Assembly (NCBI GenBank): GCA_965112735.1
Contig: OZ218962.1
Span: 3,100,001 to 3,164,000 of the forward strand
DNA from: Phaeosaccion multiseriatum
Taxonomy: Eukaryota; Protista; Ochrophyta, other classes
DNA length: 64,000 bases
Direction of reading: 5' to 3'
Translations under genes and position numbers: made by a program
Shown: in pieces, positions 12,735 to 26,199 of the stretch
How positions within the stretch are numbered: the first letter of the stretch is position 1
Layout of the letters: every line of letters begins with the position of its first letter
The notes under the pieces: generated by a model
What the model saw: the letters and a program-made list of their open reading frames with translations, nothing else
Told to the model about the DNA's origin: nothing
The model's database searches: none

Positions 12735-14194
12735 TCATGTTCTTGGCCCTGGCGGCGCGTTTCTCTCCACGAGCAGGGGCACGACTTGGGTGTTGCGTGC
12801 CTTGGCCTTGGCGCCCCACACCTAAGCAATGGAGGAGAGAGCAAAGAGTGAGAGGGAGGGGGGGAGAGAGGGAGAGGGAGAGGGAGAGAGGGAGGGCGGG
12901 AGAGAGGGAGAAGGCGGAGAGGAAGGGGAAGCGAGGCGAAGCGAGGCGAAGCGAGAGAGAGAGAGGGAGAGAGGAGCAAAGGCAGGGGCATGAGAATTTG
13001 CCGGTTCGGTGGGGGGGGCAGAAGGGCACGTGAATATCAAATGGCGACGAATGGAGGCGACGGAGACACACGACGCAGACAAGCAAGCGGACTGGAGCGC
13101 ACCGCATGCACGCAAGAGGAAGAAGTGTCCTTTCACAAGGGCTCTCTCCTCTCATTCCTCGCCTCGCTGTATTCGCTTCTCTCCTGCTCACGCACCATAC
13201 ATACACACACGCACGCACGCACACACACACACACACACAGAGCTTGCTTCCTCCCCCACCACACCCTCCCACCACCCCTCTCTCCCCTCCGGACCCCCCC
13301 CTGACTCTCTTCCCGCCGTCCCCGCTTCCCGCCTCACCGCCAGGGTCAGGGCGCTGATCGTCTCGCTGTGCACTACCATGACCACGATCTCCTGCTCGCG
13401 AGGGATGCCCAGGAAGAGCGCCTCCAGCGCCACGCACGCACGCACACGCCGTTCGTCGAGGCTCTCTCTGCAGCCCTGAGCAGCGCCGCGCCACAAGAGG
13501 TCAGCGTCGGAGGCCATGTACAGCGCACGGCATCCCGAGGGGGCGGGGGCGGGGCGGCATGCGGGAGGTGTATGGGTATGGGGCAAGGGAGATGGTCCTC
13601 CTCCTCCTCCTCCTCCTGCTCCTCCTGCTCCTGCTCCTTGCTCCGTGGCTGGGCCTCCTTGTTGGCTGGTGAGGAAGAGCATATCCGCATAGGCTGCTCG
13701 CTTTCCCAGGGGGGGGAGATGGGGGGCAGGGCACGGGCATGAAGGGAGGGGTACGGTGGCTGGAGACGACAGCGGCCGTCTGAGGGATGCGGGGCGGGGA
13801 AGGGAGGGAGGGAGATGTGAGAGGCGTATGGGAAGGGGGAGGCGGAGAGAGAGAGAAGGAGGGAGGGAGGGAGGGAGGGAGGGAGAGGTTAGAGGTGTAT
13901 AGAGAGGAGGGAAAGGGAAGAGAGGGGAATGGGCGTGTCCAACAGAGGGGATGAAGCGTCTGATGCATGTCATGCCGCTCTCCACGGCTCGAGGGCTGAC
14001 TGACCTGACTGACCTGTAGTTCGCGGCTTGCGTGGACAGCGCGGCCCTCAGCAGCTCGCACGCCACCACTACCATGTCAACGCTCATGTCTGCACCGCCC
14101 CCACAACCCCCTCGGTTGCCCCCTCCTCCATCTCCAGCGCCTTCTCTCACCCTCGCCCCACTTGGGTGCGGAGTGCAATCACTGCTGTTGCTGC

Positions 14195-14246
<52 letters not shown>

Positions 14247-15520
14247 CGTTGCCTCTCCCGCCCTGCGCCCAAAGAGAACGGCCGCTGTCATGAGTGTGCG
14301 GTCCATAGGAGAGACCATCACCACGGGAGGGCAAGGGATGGCAGTGGATAGGGGGGCAGCCCCAGCAGCAGCAGCAGCAGCTGCAACAGCAGGGGCGCAG
14401 GTCTGTCGACTGCTGGAGACGGTGTTCAGACCCCACGCCTCCAGCCAGGTCATCGCAGGCCGACAGGTCTCCTCCCGCCCGACCTCCTCCTCCTGGTCCT
14501 CCCCTCGGCGGCCGCTGTACGTACCTGCCCTCGCACAGCTGCTGTGCTGCCCAACCCGGGCATCGTGGTCCCAGGGGAGGTGGAGTCTCTCTCGCAGAGC
14601 CTCGGCCTGCTCCTGCCCGCCCGGGGTCAGGGGAGCGTCTACCAAGCGCACAAGCCCTGCTATACCCCCGGACCCATGCACTTCTGCTGCCGTATCACCA
14701 ACTGCTGTCCCTGGCCCACGGGCTGCCACTGCGTCGCCCAAACCAGCAATGACATCGTCGCCGCGAGGGGCATGGCAGCTGCTCCCTTCCCCACGTGCAC
14801 CAGTCTGGCTCTCACCACTGCCACTGCCACTACCACTGCTGTCTTCGCCTTCGTCGTCAGGCTTGTTGTTGTCGAGGGGGGCGCCCCCGACCCCTGCCAT
14901 GCTGTTGTTGCTGCTGCTGCTGGGGGGGTAGAAGCACAGGCGGTCGGTGTCCTGCGGGGCCGCGTTCTGCGTGCTCTGTGCGTGCCGGACGAGGATGAAG
15001 AGTTTGCGGCTCCTGCTTAAGCTGGTGCTCTCGCCCCGGCCTGGGCCAGTCTCGCCAGCCTCTCCAGCAGCAGCAGGAGTGGCAGTCTGCGGGTCTTCTC
15101 TTAGCGCCTCCATGACCGCTGGCCAGCTCGACACGCCAAAGCAGGGCAGGTTCAGGCTGTCTCCTTCGGGCACCGCCCCTGCCTCCTGCGCAAAGAGGCC
15201 TGCGAAGGGAGGAGGAGGAGGGGGTGGGGAGAAGCGGCGCTCATCAGGACCTCTGGCTGCCGGCTGCGCCTCCTCCTATCCTCCCTTGCCTTCAAACCAC
15301 TCATCATGTATCTACCTGGCTTCGGGTTGGAGAACCTCCCGCCCCCTCCGTACGCGGCAGAGAGGCGGCGGTACACGGCGTCCCTCGCGGGACCACAGGG
15401 AGACTGCAGAGCCTGCCACAGAGACTCCACGTCGAGTTGCAGCGCATCAAACCGCTCGGCTCTGGCTCCTGGGAAGGGAGCAGGCGGAGAATAATTTTTG
15501 GAGGAGTTGTTCGCCACCAT
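12735..15520 (-). CDS. Histidine phosphatase / phosphoglycerate mutase-like protein (PMU1-like), multi-exon
   Basis: KLFILVRHAQSTQN (RHG-motif variant), DAPLTPGGQEQA, VSPMDRTLMTA, VACELLR, RESLDERRVR and VVHSETI. Last exon 12821-12735 reads VWGAKAKARNTQVVPLLV. The start codon is uncertain. Confidence 0.8.
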
Positions 15521-15814
15521 ACCCAGCCCAACCCCTCGAAGCCCCCCCCAGACCTGCCAAAGCAATCAACTCAGCCCCATTAGGATTTTCAGCGCTTGCA
15601 GCCTTGCTTGCCGTTACCATTACCATCGATTCACACCTGCAGATTGGAGATTTTGGTGAGGCGTTACTTTTAGACAACCATGGTCCCCTTTCCCAAAGAG
15701 GAGAAGAGACCTTGTCCTCCATTCTTGACCGAAGTTCCATACCGCACTTAACGGTCCTCCCTCGTGCACTCACTCTCTGCCTCCACTCTTGACCGGAGGC
15801 GCGCGGCGTGAAGG

Positions 15815-16870
15815 ATGAAGCGACCACGGCCCGACTCCATCGACTACCATGGGGCCATGCTTTATACGAGGGACGTGCAGCTGCTCGCCCCCGGCAAATG
15901 GCTCAACGATAACGTGCTGAACTTCGGCCTGAGGTTCTTCGAGTTCGAGCTATTTCGCAGTAGCAGTGACAGCAACAGCAGCAGCAGCAGTGGTGGTGAT
16001 GGTGGTGGTGTGACGGCGTCGACATCAGCAGCACCAGAAGCAGCACCAACAGCAGCAGCAGCAGCAACGGCGGCTCCAGTGCAGGTGATATTTGTCGATC
16101 CGTGTGTGACAAGCTGTCTCATGCTCCAGTGTGACGACGAGGAAGAAATGAGGGACATCCGCACTGGCCTGGGCATCGATTGGTCCTGCCCCACCGCGCT
16201 TCTCGTCCCTGTGAACGATAACGACAGCTTCACTTCTGGGTCAAGTCATTGGAGCTTGCTCCTGATATGCACAACGGGGCCAGCGCCCAGCCAGGACCAA
16301 GGCCAGGATGAGAGGCAGAATCAGAGGCAGGACGGCCTGACGGTGCTGCACTACGACTCCTCAAGAGGGCACAACAACTACCGGGCGGAGGCCGTGGCGG
16401 CTAAGATGGCGCAGCTGCTACGCCTGAGCCTCGTAGAGCCCCTCAGTAGCAGTAGCAGCGAGAGTGCGGAGGAAGCCCATCCAGCTTCGTCGCCACTAGC
16501 CCCAGCCCCCTCGCCCCTCCTGCCCGCAACTCGCGCAGTCGCAGTGCGGCACGTGGCGTGGTGCCCCCAGCAGACGGACGGATGGAACTGCGGGACCTTC
16601 GCGCTGGTGGTGGCCAGGTGGGCTGCCAGTCGACTTTTGCGTTCAGCGCCCGCGTCACAAGGCGGTAGTAGTGAACAGGCGGAAGGAGGAGGAGGAGGAG
16701 CAGCAGCAGCAGCAGAAGGAGGAGGAGGGTCAGCGCTGGCCCAGGTGGGCTCGGATAGCGAGGAGGAGAAGCTGTCGCTGGCCGCCGCCACCGCTCCAGA
16801 GCAATTGCTGGAGATGCGGCGCGTTCTGCTCGAGAGGGCCCAGTCGCTGTTCGCGGGGGAGGCGCAGTGA
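15815..16870 (+). CDS. SENP8/DEN1-like Ulp1-family (C48) cysteine protease, intronless
   Basis: WLNDNVLNF, LVPVNDN...GSSHWSLL (His), HYDSS (Asp) and PQQTDGWNCG (Gln oxyanion and catalytic Cys). Confidence 0.9.
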   Translation: MKRPRPDSIDYHGAMLYTRDVQLLAPGKWLNDNVLNFGLRFFEFELFRSSSDSNSSSSSGGDGGGVTASTSAAPEAAPTAAAAATAAPVQVIFVDPCVTSCLMLQCDDEEEMRDIRTGLGIDWSCPTALLVPVNDNDSFTSGSSHWSLLLICTTGPAPSQDQGQDERQNQRQDGLTVLHYDSSRGHNNYRAEAVAAKMAQLLRLSLVEPLSSSSSESAEEAHPASSPLAPAPSPLLPATRAVAVRHVAWCPQQTDGWNCGTFALVVARWAASRLLRSAPASQGGSSEQAEGGGGGAAAAAEGGGGSALAQVGSDSEEEKLSLAAATAPEQLLEMRRVLLERAQSLFAGEAQ

Positions 16871-16877
16871 GGAGGGA

Positions 16878-17400
16878 TCGGCCCCGTGCACGCCTAGCGG
16901 CCTAGGCCTATTTTGGAAAATTGCCCGGCCTAGCGAGGGCCGTAGGCCCTCGGCCTATTTATAGGCCGCCTAGGCGGCGGCCTAGGCGGGGGCCGGAGGC
17001 CCGCGGCCTAGGGCAGACGCCAACTAGGCGCAGGTCCAGGGCGGGAATATGCTCATATGCCCCTGGGCTGGCCCGGAACCCGCCCAAGTGTCGTCAGTTT
17101 TAAGCAAATGTATTGCATGGGAAAAGTGAGGGAGTAGACTTGGTTCGTGTTGTCTCTTTCCGCCTCGCTGGCCCTACGAGGAGTGCAGGCCTACAGGTGT
17201 GCTGCTACCCACTGGCTGGCTGGGCGGCACCACGCACACGCCCACGGTCACTGGGAGGCTGCCTAGAGGTGGGCTATAGGCCGCCTAGGGCTGAAAAGTG
17301 AGCGGCCTAAAGCGGCCGGAGGCCGCCGGCCTAGGCCTATTTCGGCCGAAGGCCGAGCGGCCTACTAGCGGCCTAGAGCGTGCACGGCCGGGGGGGCCGA
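16878..17400. mobile_element. ~520-bp non-autonomous DNA transposon (MITE) with CGGCCTAG subterminal repeats and a 6-bp TSD
   Basis: Ends TCGGCCCC..GTGCACGC.CTAG and CTAGAGCGTGCACGG..GGGGCCGA form an imperfect TIR. GAGGGA flanks both sides (16872-16877 and 17401-17406). Many CGGCCTAG/CTAGGC motifs occur near both ends. Confidence 0.7.
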
Positions 17401-18334
17401 GAGGGAGGTAAGCAAGAAGGGCAGGCCCAGGAGGAGGTGGACATTCACGGCACTGGGCCCCGACTTTTGGCCAGGGTAGGTATACAAGATGAGATAGGGT
17501 ACCCCCAGGGCTAACCCTTTACCCCACACTTTAAATCATACCCATCCAGGACGCCGTAGCTAGCTACCCAAAGCCTCAGCCGAAGCCTAGTACATGTACA
17601 ATGTGTCAGCAACAAGAAGAAATGAAGGCACTGAACAGAGGGCTCCCCGTCGTCCCGTCCCCAGGGGTAGGTATTGCCCCATGTGTATGCCTCTACCCCA
17701 CACCCCCACTGTTGACCGACCAGCTTCTCGCAAGCCAAGCCGATCCCAAGCCTAGAAAAGAGGTTAAACCTCCCCTCCTGGCCAAGCAACGACTTCTGCA
17801 GTGCAGCAGCTTCTCGGAGTATTCATCTCCAGCTGAGGGGGGCGGGGAACAGCTGATAGCTCAATAGCGCTGAGGTCGACTGAGGGGTCGGGAAAAGCAC
17901 TGCGGAAAGGGACGGCCGGGCTGGCAGGAGCAGCGGACACAAGATACATACAGTACCACCTCCTCGAGGATTCTCCTGACCTTGGGGCGTTACTACTTTT
18001 TGTATCCCTCCATTCCGGGCCGCAATCTTTCTTTTTTCTTTTTGTGGGGGCCCCTTGCAATTGCATTTCTGTTTTCGAAGCCAAAAGACAAAACTCTTTC
18101 ACTCGTTCACTTCCCTTCCAAGCTGGGCTTGCACCGAGAGGAGCTTGACCTCCACAGCATTTCTACTGTTGGACTTCTACCTCTGCGGTGTGTGGAGGAA
18201 TTGGCCTGGAATTGGCGAACAGCAGCTGTATATAACAGCGCGGAGCAGCTGTATGCAACAGCGCAAGGCCTCCTCCCTCCCATTTTCAGAGTGACTGACT
18301 GGACATAGACATAGATACGACAAGATACGGGCGC

Positions 18335-18939
18335 ATGAGGGAGGAGGAGGAGGACGAAGAGGAGGAGGAGGAGGGGGAGGAGGAGGAAGAAGAAGAAGAG
18401 GAGGAGGGGAGATGGAGGATGGGGGGAACGGCGGGGATGACGGCCAGCACTTCTTCTGCCTCGCCTCCTTCCGGAGCTGCTGTTGGCAGTGCTGCCGCTT
18501 CGACGCTGACGACGCCTACAGGCTCGACACTTGCAGGCAACAGCGACGCGCGCAGCCCTGCCAACCCCATCCAGAGCCCCGATGGCGGTAGCAGTAGCAC
18601 CGATGCCTTTTCAGACACACCGGCCAGCAAGGGGTCGGAGAAGCGCAAGGGCGGCTTGGCCAAGGGTAAGGGGGGCGTGAGTAGCAGCAGCCTCTTGCGC
18701 CGGAACAATATGAACAAGAGGGCCTGTGACACGTGTAAACAGAGAAAACGTCGATGTGATGGAGACGGCTCGCTGCCCTGCTCACTCTGCCGCTCCCTGC
18801 GCAAGTCCTGCGTGTACTCGCTCCGCACCGGCGTTAAGAGCACCGCACGGCCGCTTGTAAGTGAAAGAGACAGAGAGGGCGTGTGGTAGGGTGTGTGTGT
18901 GTGATAGAGAGAGAGTGGGACGGGAATACAAACCTCTCG

Positions 18940-18970
<31 letters not shown>

Positions 18971-19283
18971 CGTTGTCGGTGTGGTCGTTTGGGGCGACGG
19001 TGGTGTGGCTTGGTCGCTCAAGTGGCATTGAACGTCCCCTCCCACCAACCGACAACCACGCCTCCCTCCCCTCCCCTCCCCTCCCCTCCCCCAGCCGCTT
19101 GACGCAGGGCGTCAGCATGAGTGGCAGCAGCAGCAGAGGGGGGTGGGGGGCGAGCAGAACCAGGGGTTTGATTGGTACCAACAACAGCAGCACCGGGCGA
19201 TGCAGCAGCAGCAGCAGCAGCAACAACACCGGCACCAACAGCACCCCTACCACCGCCAGCAACAACAACAACAACAACAACAA

Positions 19284-19324
<41 letters not shown>

Positions 19325-19436
19325 CGAAGTATACGGGCAGCAGCAGTACAGGCGTATGAAGCGGCCCTTCCCGCTGGGCACGCGGCCCCGGCACCAACAG
19401 CACCCCTGCCAGCAACAACAACAACAACAACAACAA

Positions 19437-19474
<38 letters not shown>

Positions 19475-21491
19475 TCTCCCTCCCCCGCCACGGGCCTGCC
19501 GGGCTTCGAGGAGTCGTCCCTCATCAGCACTTACTTCCAGGAGATGGGCTCCTGGCTGCCCCTAGCGCAGGAGGCAGAGTGAGTGTCAGTTACATGGTCA
19601 CCCACTCACATACTTCACTTCACTTTAGTTGCATGGTCACTCCCTCACATACTTCGCTTAACTACAGTAAACGCCCCAAAAAGCATCTTCCCGTGTTGTT
19701 GCGGAGGAACTGTCCTGAGACGAGGGGCGGGTTGAAACGAGAGGGTGAGGGGGCTATGGATTTCTCTCATATACGTGTCCTTCCCTCCCTGCCCCTGCCA
19801 TCCCATCTCCTTCTTCTCACTCTCCCCCCTCCCTGCTTGTCGTGCCTGCGTGCCCCCTTGCCTACTCCCCATATGCCTCCAACCCCTTAGCATTCGGGAG
19901 GCTCTCTTCGACATAATGTGTCGCCCCAGGGAGGGGGGACAGGCCCAGACGGTGAGCACTTTCGGAGGGGAGGGGAGGGGACAAGCTTCGGGGGCTGACG
20001 TGGCAGTGACCCATTTCGGAGATCGATTCGCTGTATCGGGGATTCTACTGCCATCCACTTCAACCTCCCTCTGCTGCCATCCCCTTCAACCTCCCTCTGC
20101 TGCCATCCCCTCCAACCTCCCTCTGCTGCCATCCCCTGCAACCTCCCTCTTCGCGGGACGCTCTTTCTCTTCCGACTCAACTCCTTCGTCCCTCGTCCTT
20201 CGTCCGACTCCCCGCCTCCCTCTGCTGCCATCTCCCCACCTCCCTCTGCTGCCATCTCCCCGCCTCTCTCTGCTGCCATCTCCCCGCCTCCCTCTGCTGC
20301 CATCTCCCCGCCTCCCTCTGCTGCCATCTCCCCGCCTCCCTCTGCTGCCATCTCCCCGCCTCCCTCTGCTGCCATCTCCCCGCCTCCCTCTGCTGCCATA
20401 TCCCCGCCTCCCTCTGCTGCCATCTCCCCGCCTCCCTCTGCTGCCATCTCCCCGCCTCCCTCTGCTGCCATCTCCCCGCCTCCCTCTGTTGCCATCCAGC
20501 TCATGCCTAACCAAGCCCACAACACGTGTGTGCTGTGGTGCGCCGTGGCGCTGGGGGCGGCTGTGCAAGGCAGGCCCATCGCTCAAGTACTCAGGTGCGG
20601 CAAGGCCCACATCATACCCTATTGATAGCCGAACATAGGCATACCGTAGGCACATAGAAGGAAATGGGTGGAGCAGTGGGGTGTGGTGTCTTTGATCCGA
20701 GAGGAAGGAGAAGAGAAGAGAAGAGACCAGCAGAGGCGAGTGCGTGACGTCATATCTCGGCCCCAGGGCGAACAATCTGGAACTGCGAACTCATCTCTAC
20801 GACGCTACGTCATGCCATACCATTCTCTTTCGTGTAAGGTACAAGGAGATGGCCAAGCACACCCTTTGGGACTGCACCAACGCGGACGACAAAGGCCACC
20901 TCAAGGCCCAGGTCATGTTCTCCTTTGTCAATGAGGCCACCGGTGATGACGCAGTTTTCCAAGCCGGGATGGAGGCATGCATCGGGCATGTGATGCGGCT
21001 GCGCAAGATGGGAGAGGACGTAAGTGTGGGGCTGAGAGCTCTGCTCAGAGAGCGTTAAGGTTGAGTGCTGGCTGCTCAGAGGGGGCGGTGAGAGCCCTTT
21101 GAGAGCCCTTTGAGAGCCCTTTGAGAGCCCTTTGGATAGGGGGGATGAATAGGGCCAGCACGGAGCTGACTCTCAGCGCCGCAGGGTGCCCGAGACCGAT
21201 CTGGCGACTGTCGACGATGGACTCTCCATACGCCTCTAATGTCCTTCCCCATATGCCTGTATTGCCCCTCGCCCTCCCTCCCCATACACCTCCACTCAGG
21301 TGCACGACCTCATGACGGTGTGCCGCACGTACAAGCGCGTTCGATTCCTGTTCGAGACCGACAGAGAAGAGTTCCACGAAATGCTCGACTCACAGTGAGT
21401 GCCCTGCCTGCCCTGTACATCTGAGAAGGGAAGGAGACAGTCCAGACCATGACCCGTTCGGGACTCTCTCGAGACTTTGTGTGTGTGTCTC

Positions 21492-21555
<64 letters not shown>

Positions 21556-22080
21556 TCTCTCTCTGCGCCTCTTTGGATGTTTCTCTCCCCCCTCTCCTTC
21601 TCGGCTGTCGCTCCCTTCCGCCTCTATTGCCTCTAATGTCTCATTGCCTCTAATGTCTCCAGTCCACCACCGCCCTCGCCTGCCCCCTGACGTGAGCACT
21701 GCCACACCCCCCCTGTGACCTGTCCACTGCCATCCCCCCTCCCCAATCTCCAGGGGCGACTTGGTCGGTCCTGAGGAGGTGCTGAGCCGTGTGTGGGGAC
21801 GTTCATGCATGCTCGACGTGCTCAACGACCTCGCCTTCCCTGTCAACGCCGCCTCCTACACAGCGGTGAGTTTGTGCGTGTGTGCGTGTGTGTGTAGGTG
21901 TGTGTGTGTGTTATGTGGGTGTGCGTGGGTGGGTAGGTGTGTGAGTGTGGGTGTTTCCGCCCAGTGTGATAGCCCGTGCTTCCCTCCTTCCCTCTGCTCT
22001 GCACTGAAGCATACTCTGGTTGTGGTCTCGTCTCCCCCCCACCCTCCTTCCCCCTCACCCTCTTGATATTTGTGTGTGTT

Positions 22081-22114
<34 letters not shown>

Positions 22115-24016
22115 CGTGTGTGTGTGTGTGCGGCTCAGGTGAAGGGCCTGGGCGTGGAGCCTCTGGACTGTGTGCTGCAAGAGCAGTCGGGCCGCTTCGA
22201 GGTGAGTGTGAGTGAGCGCTTGCGGTCCAGGGTGGATCTGCCTCTCGCCCACCCCGGAATGTACCCACGGGATGTACCCACGGAAAGCACCCACCATTTC
22301 CTTCATTTTTTTACACCTACTCATCTCTCTGTCTCTCTCCGTCTCTCTCTCTCTCTGCCTGTGTCTGTGTGTACTGTCACCTCCCCCCCTTAACAAATGG
22401 CTTTTGATGGATGCCCAACCCCTGCAGGAAATCCACGCTGTGATTGGGACCATGACCGGAGGCGGTACAGTCTCCAAGATCGAGGTGCGTGCGTTGGTCA
22501 TTCTGTCGTCACCATCTGTCGTCGCCATCTGATGTCTTTGAATCATGCAGCCTTTTGTTCACACACGCACGCACGCACACACTCCTCCCTCTTTCCACAG
22601 ATCTCGATGGGGCTGGCGTGGATGTACATGAACAGGGGACGGGTGAGTGAATAGGAAATCCAATACACCATCGTCATAGCTGCCGATGCCTGGGTCGATG
22701 GCGTCTGTGCTTGACCTTGCTTGACATTCAAAGCAATCCGATACTTGACTGGTGGCCTCCGCTAACGAGGCTGGCCCGATGCCCCTTACCACCCGACCAG
22801 CTCCTCGTCTTCTAACGTACGCCCTTATCATTAGTACACCAATGCCCTCACGCCCTCACGCCCTCCGTACGCATGACCACCCACGTGACAGGTCGACGAG
22901 GCGATGGCGTTGTTTGCCGATGCTTTGCAGTCCCTCGAGGGCAGTCCGGGCATTCTGCGCTTTACACACGTGAGTGCGGGCTAGCCTCGATTAGCCTCGA
23001 TGGGCGGGCCCGGGCTGTGGTGTGTGTAGGGCCTCAAGGACACTGTGCAGTCCATCTGTGGTGTGTGTAGGGCCTCAAGGACACTGTGCAGTCCATCTGT
23101 GGTGTGTGTAGGGCCTCAAGGACACTGTGCAGTCCATCTGTGGTGTGTGTAGGGCCTCAAGGACACTGTGCTGTCCATCTGTGGTGTGTGTAGGGCCTCA
23201 AGGACACTGTGCAGTCCATCTGTGGTGTGTGTAGGGCCTCAAGGACACTGTGCTGTCCATCTGTGGTGTGTGTAGGGCCTCAAGGACACTGTGCAGTCCA
23301 TCTGTGGTGTGTGTAGGGCCTCAAGGACACTGTGCTGTCCATCTGTGGTGTGTGTAGGGCCTCAAGGACACTGTGCAGTCCATCTGTGGTGTGTGTAGGG
23401 CCTCAAGGACACTGTGCTGTCCATCTGTGGTGTGTGTAGGGCCTCAAGGACGCTGTGCAGTCCATCTGTGGTGTGTGTAGGGCCTCAAGGACACTGTGCT
23501 GTCCATCTGTGGTGTGTGTAGGGCCTCAAGGACACTGTGCAGTCCATCTGTGGTGTGTGTAGGGCCTCAAGGACACTGTGCAGTCCATCTGTGGTGTGTG
23601 TAGGGCCTCAAGGACACTGTGCAGTCCATCTGTGGTGTGTGTAGGGCCTCAAGGACACTGTGCAGTCCATCTGTGGTGTGTGTAGGGCCTCAAGGACGCT
23701 GTGCTGTCCATCTCCCTGAACGGATGGTTCTCCCTGGTACATGACCCCTGACGCCTGACCCTTTCCTTCCATTGCATTGCGTTGCTTCACCTCCGGCAAC
23801 ACCCCTCTCGCTCGCCGTGCACCTCGTGACTCCCTATCAAATGGATGGCACCGGATGGCACCGGATGGCAGTGGAATGCCATCATGAATATGTGCGCGTA
23901 CATGATGCTCCATGCGGGCCGTGTGGGGCTGTACGAGCGGTTTCGTCAACTGCACAACTCAGTGGACTCCATCAGCAGGCAACTGCCGTCCTTCGAAGAG
24001 GTGAGTGCGTCACTGA

Positions 24017-24053
<37 letters not shown>

Positions 24054-25604
24054 GGCACCTGAATCGCGCATTGGTCTCACACGACACCACCCCTTCTTAC
24101 CCACCCCCCTTGCCATCCGCCTTACCCCCCCTCCCACCCCTTCGTCTCTCCGTCTCTCCCTCTGTGTGCTGCGCCCCACCCACGTCCCCATACGCCTCTA
24201 CATCACCATGGCCCCATACGCCTCTACATCACCATGGCCCCATACGCCTCTACATCACCATGGCCCCATACGCCTCTACACCAGGCCACCCCTGCCAACT
24301 TGTCATCGCCGCTGTTCTGCACGCAGCACATTGCTAACATGATCGAGGCGGGAGAGCAGCGCAGGCTGCAAGCTAAGCAAGCTGGGGCAGTTGGTGATAT
24401 GGCCACTGTCGCCTGTGACACGGCTGCCGCTGGTGACGATACAGACATTGGCGATACGGCCAGGGAGCTGCAGGCCATGGCCGCACAGGGAGGAGGAGGG
24501 GAGGGAGGAGCGCAAAGAAGAGTCGGCAGTGAGGTGGCTGCCTCTGCCTCTGCCTCTGCCTCTGCCTCTGCCTCTGCCCGTCGCAAGCCCTTGCCTACCC
24601 CTGATCGCGTACCTCTCCCTGCCGGCTATGGCGCCCACCCCAGCGAGGCCGTGCTTGCCTTCCCGGACGGAGCCTTTCCTGAGCTCGCCGTGGGCGGTCC
24701 CTTGGGGGTACGCGGTGAGTCTGAGGAATCGCTGGCTTCTGTGTCTGTGGAACTGCTGGCTTCTCCATCTGGGGAATCGCTGGCTTCTACCAGGTTGCTG
24801 GCGTCTGCTAGGGGGCGCAGTCCCGCTGTACTGCCAGGTACTGTACCTTCCGAATCGCTGACTGCAGCAGCGGCTCGGGCTGTGTCGCAGCAGCGGCTGC
24901 CCGGGCCTTCCTACAGGGGGGCAGTGGCACTGGACGGGAGGATGGCACTGGACGGGAGGAGGGCAGTGTTTTTGAGCCCGACGGAGGCGGGGGAGGGCAG
25001 CGTAGACGGCGGTGAGCGTGAGCCGGCTTGGTGCGCGGCAGTGTGGGATGATTTTCAGGGCGGTCCTCTCCCTCTTGCGACTGATGCACCAATGTCGCGG
25101 CAGATGCTGATACAGCAGCAACAGCAGCAGCACCAGCACCACCAGCAAGGGGGGACATCGAGTGCGTCAAGTGCATTGTTAAGTGCAGGGGTTGGTGGAA
25201 CAGCAGCGGGGCCCGGCGCCCCTGCAGCCGCGTGGGGGGGGCACGGCGCTTCCCCGGGGGATGAGGCCTACAACAGCATTCCCCAGTGGAGCTCCCAGGG
25301 GGGGACGCAGGGAGGCCTCCAGGGGGGGGGGCATAGAGGTTCCCAAGGGGGTCCACGGGGGAGGGGGCAATGGGAGGCGGGGGGGCTGACAGGCGGACCG
25401 ACCGGATTCTCCGACGGCGCACACTCTACCGAGGACTTTGCCCCGCCGCACTTGATGATGCAGCCGCTGCGTGGTCAGCCTCGAGCTCCCACCCCTTCTG
25501 GACAGGGACAGGCTGCCCCTGCGAGCAGTGGGGGAGGGAATGCACAGCAGCTGCCCCCAGACGGAGCGCTGCCGGACGACATTGCTCGACGTGCCGCCAT
25601 CTAG
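18335..25604 (+). CDS. Zn(II)2Cys6 binuclear-cluster transcription factor, multi-exon, with poly-Q and low-complexity regions
   Basis: ACDTCKQRKRRCDGDGSLPCSLCRSLRKSC at ~18720-18815 fits C-x2-C-x6-C-x7-C-x2-C-x6-C. Many short + strand exons bounded by GT-AG run through to the long terminal exon 24285-25604. Exact structure and start are not resolved. Confidence 0.75.
20080..20496 (+). repeat. 24-bp intronic minisatellite (CCGCCTCCCTCTGCTGCCATCTCC)
   Basis: About 12 near-perfect copies at 20210-20496, plus degenerate copies upstream. Confidence 0.9.
23017..23713 (+). repeat. 41-bp minisatellite x17 (GTGGTGTGTGTAGGGCCTCAAGGACACTGTGCWGTCCATCT)
   Basis: 697 bp equals 17 x 41 with no spacers. 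Only one A/T site and one rare A/G site vary. Confidence 0.95.
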
Positions 25605-26199
25605 AAGCGAGGAAGGGGGGGGCATGGCAAAGCCTAGTTCGGCTAGTTACGGTTACTTACGGTTACTTACGGTTTCGGGGTGTGGATGCCTCTCGGCCTC
25701 TCCTCTTGATTCTGTTGAGGGAGCGGGTGGCCGCCCCTCTTGATCCCACTGGGACTCCTTGGAGTTCTATCCTTCCGACATACACCGTAGTATGTCGCAT
25801 CAAACATTCATTTATCTTAGTTTGAGTTTGGCTTGTGTGTTACGTACTACGAAGTAGTATATGAAAGCCACACACGGGTCACTTGCTTATTATGTGGTCT
25901 GATATACGCACGTGTTATTACGTACGAACGACTTCGCGCCGTTCCTACAAACACCCGCTTCATCTTTACCGTCAAAGTCACAAGACTTAAGGTCAATAAA
26001 TATCGATGCCCTAATTAAAGTACTGACAATGAGGAACGAGGCGAGGGAAAGAGAGAGAGACACGCACGCACACACACACACACATACACACACACAGAGA
26101 GAGAGCTTTTTCCAGGTTGACGCAGCCCTGTATCACAAACACCGTCGTCCTGTGCCTGCTGTATCACCAACTTCTTTATCACTAACTGCTCTGTGACCC

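Noticed and set aside
23017-23713. 41-bp repeat array as a CRISPR array
   Set aside because: There are no unique spacers and no cas genes, and the context is a eukaryotic intron.
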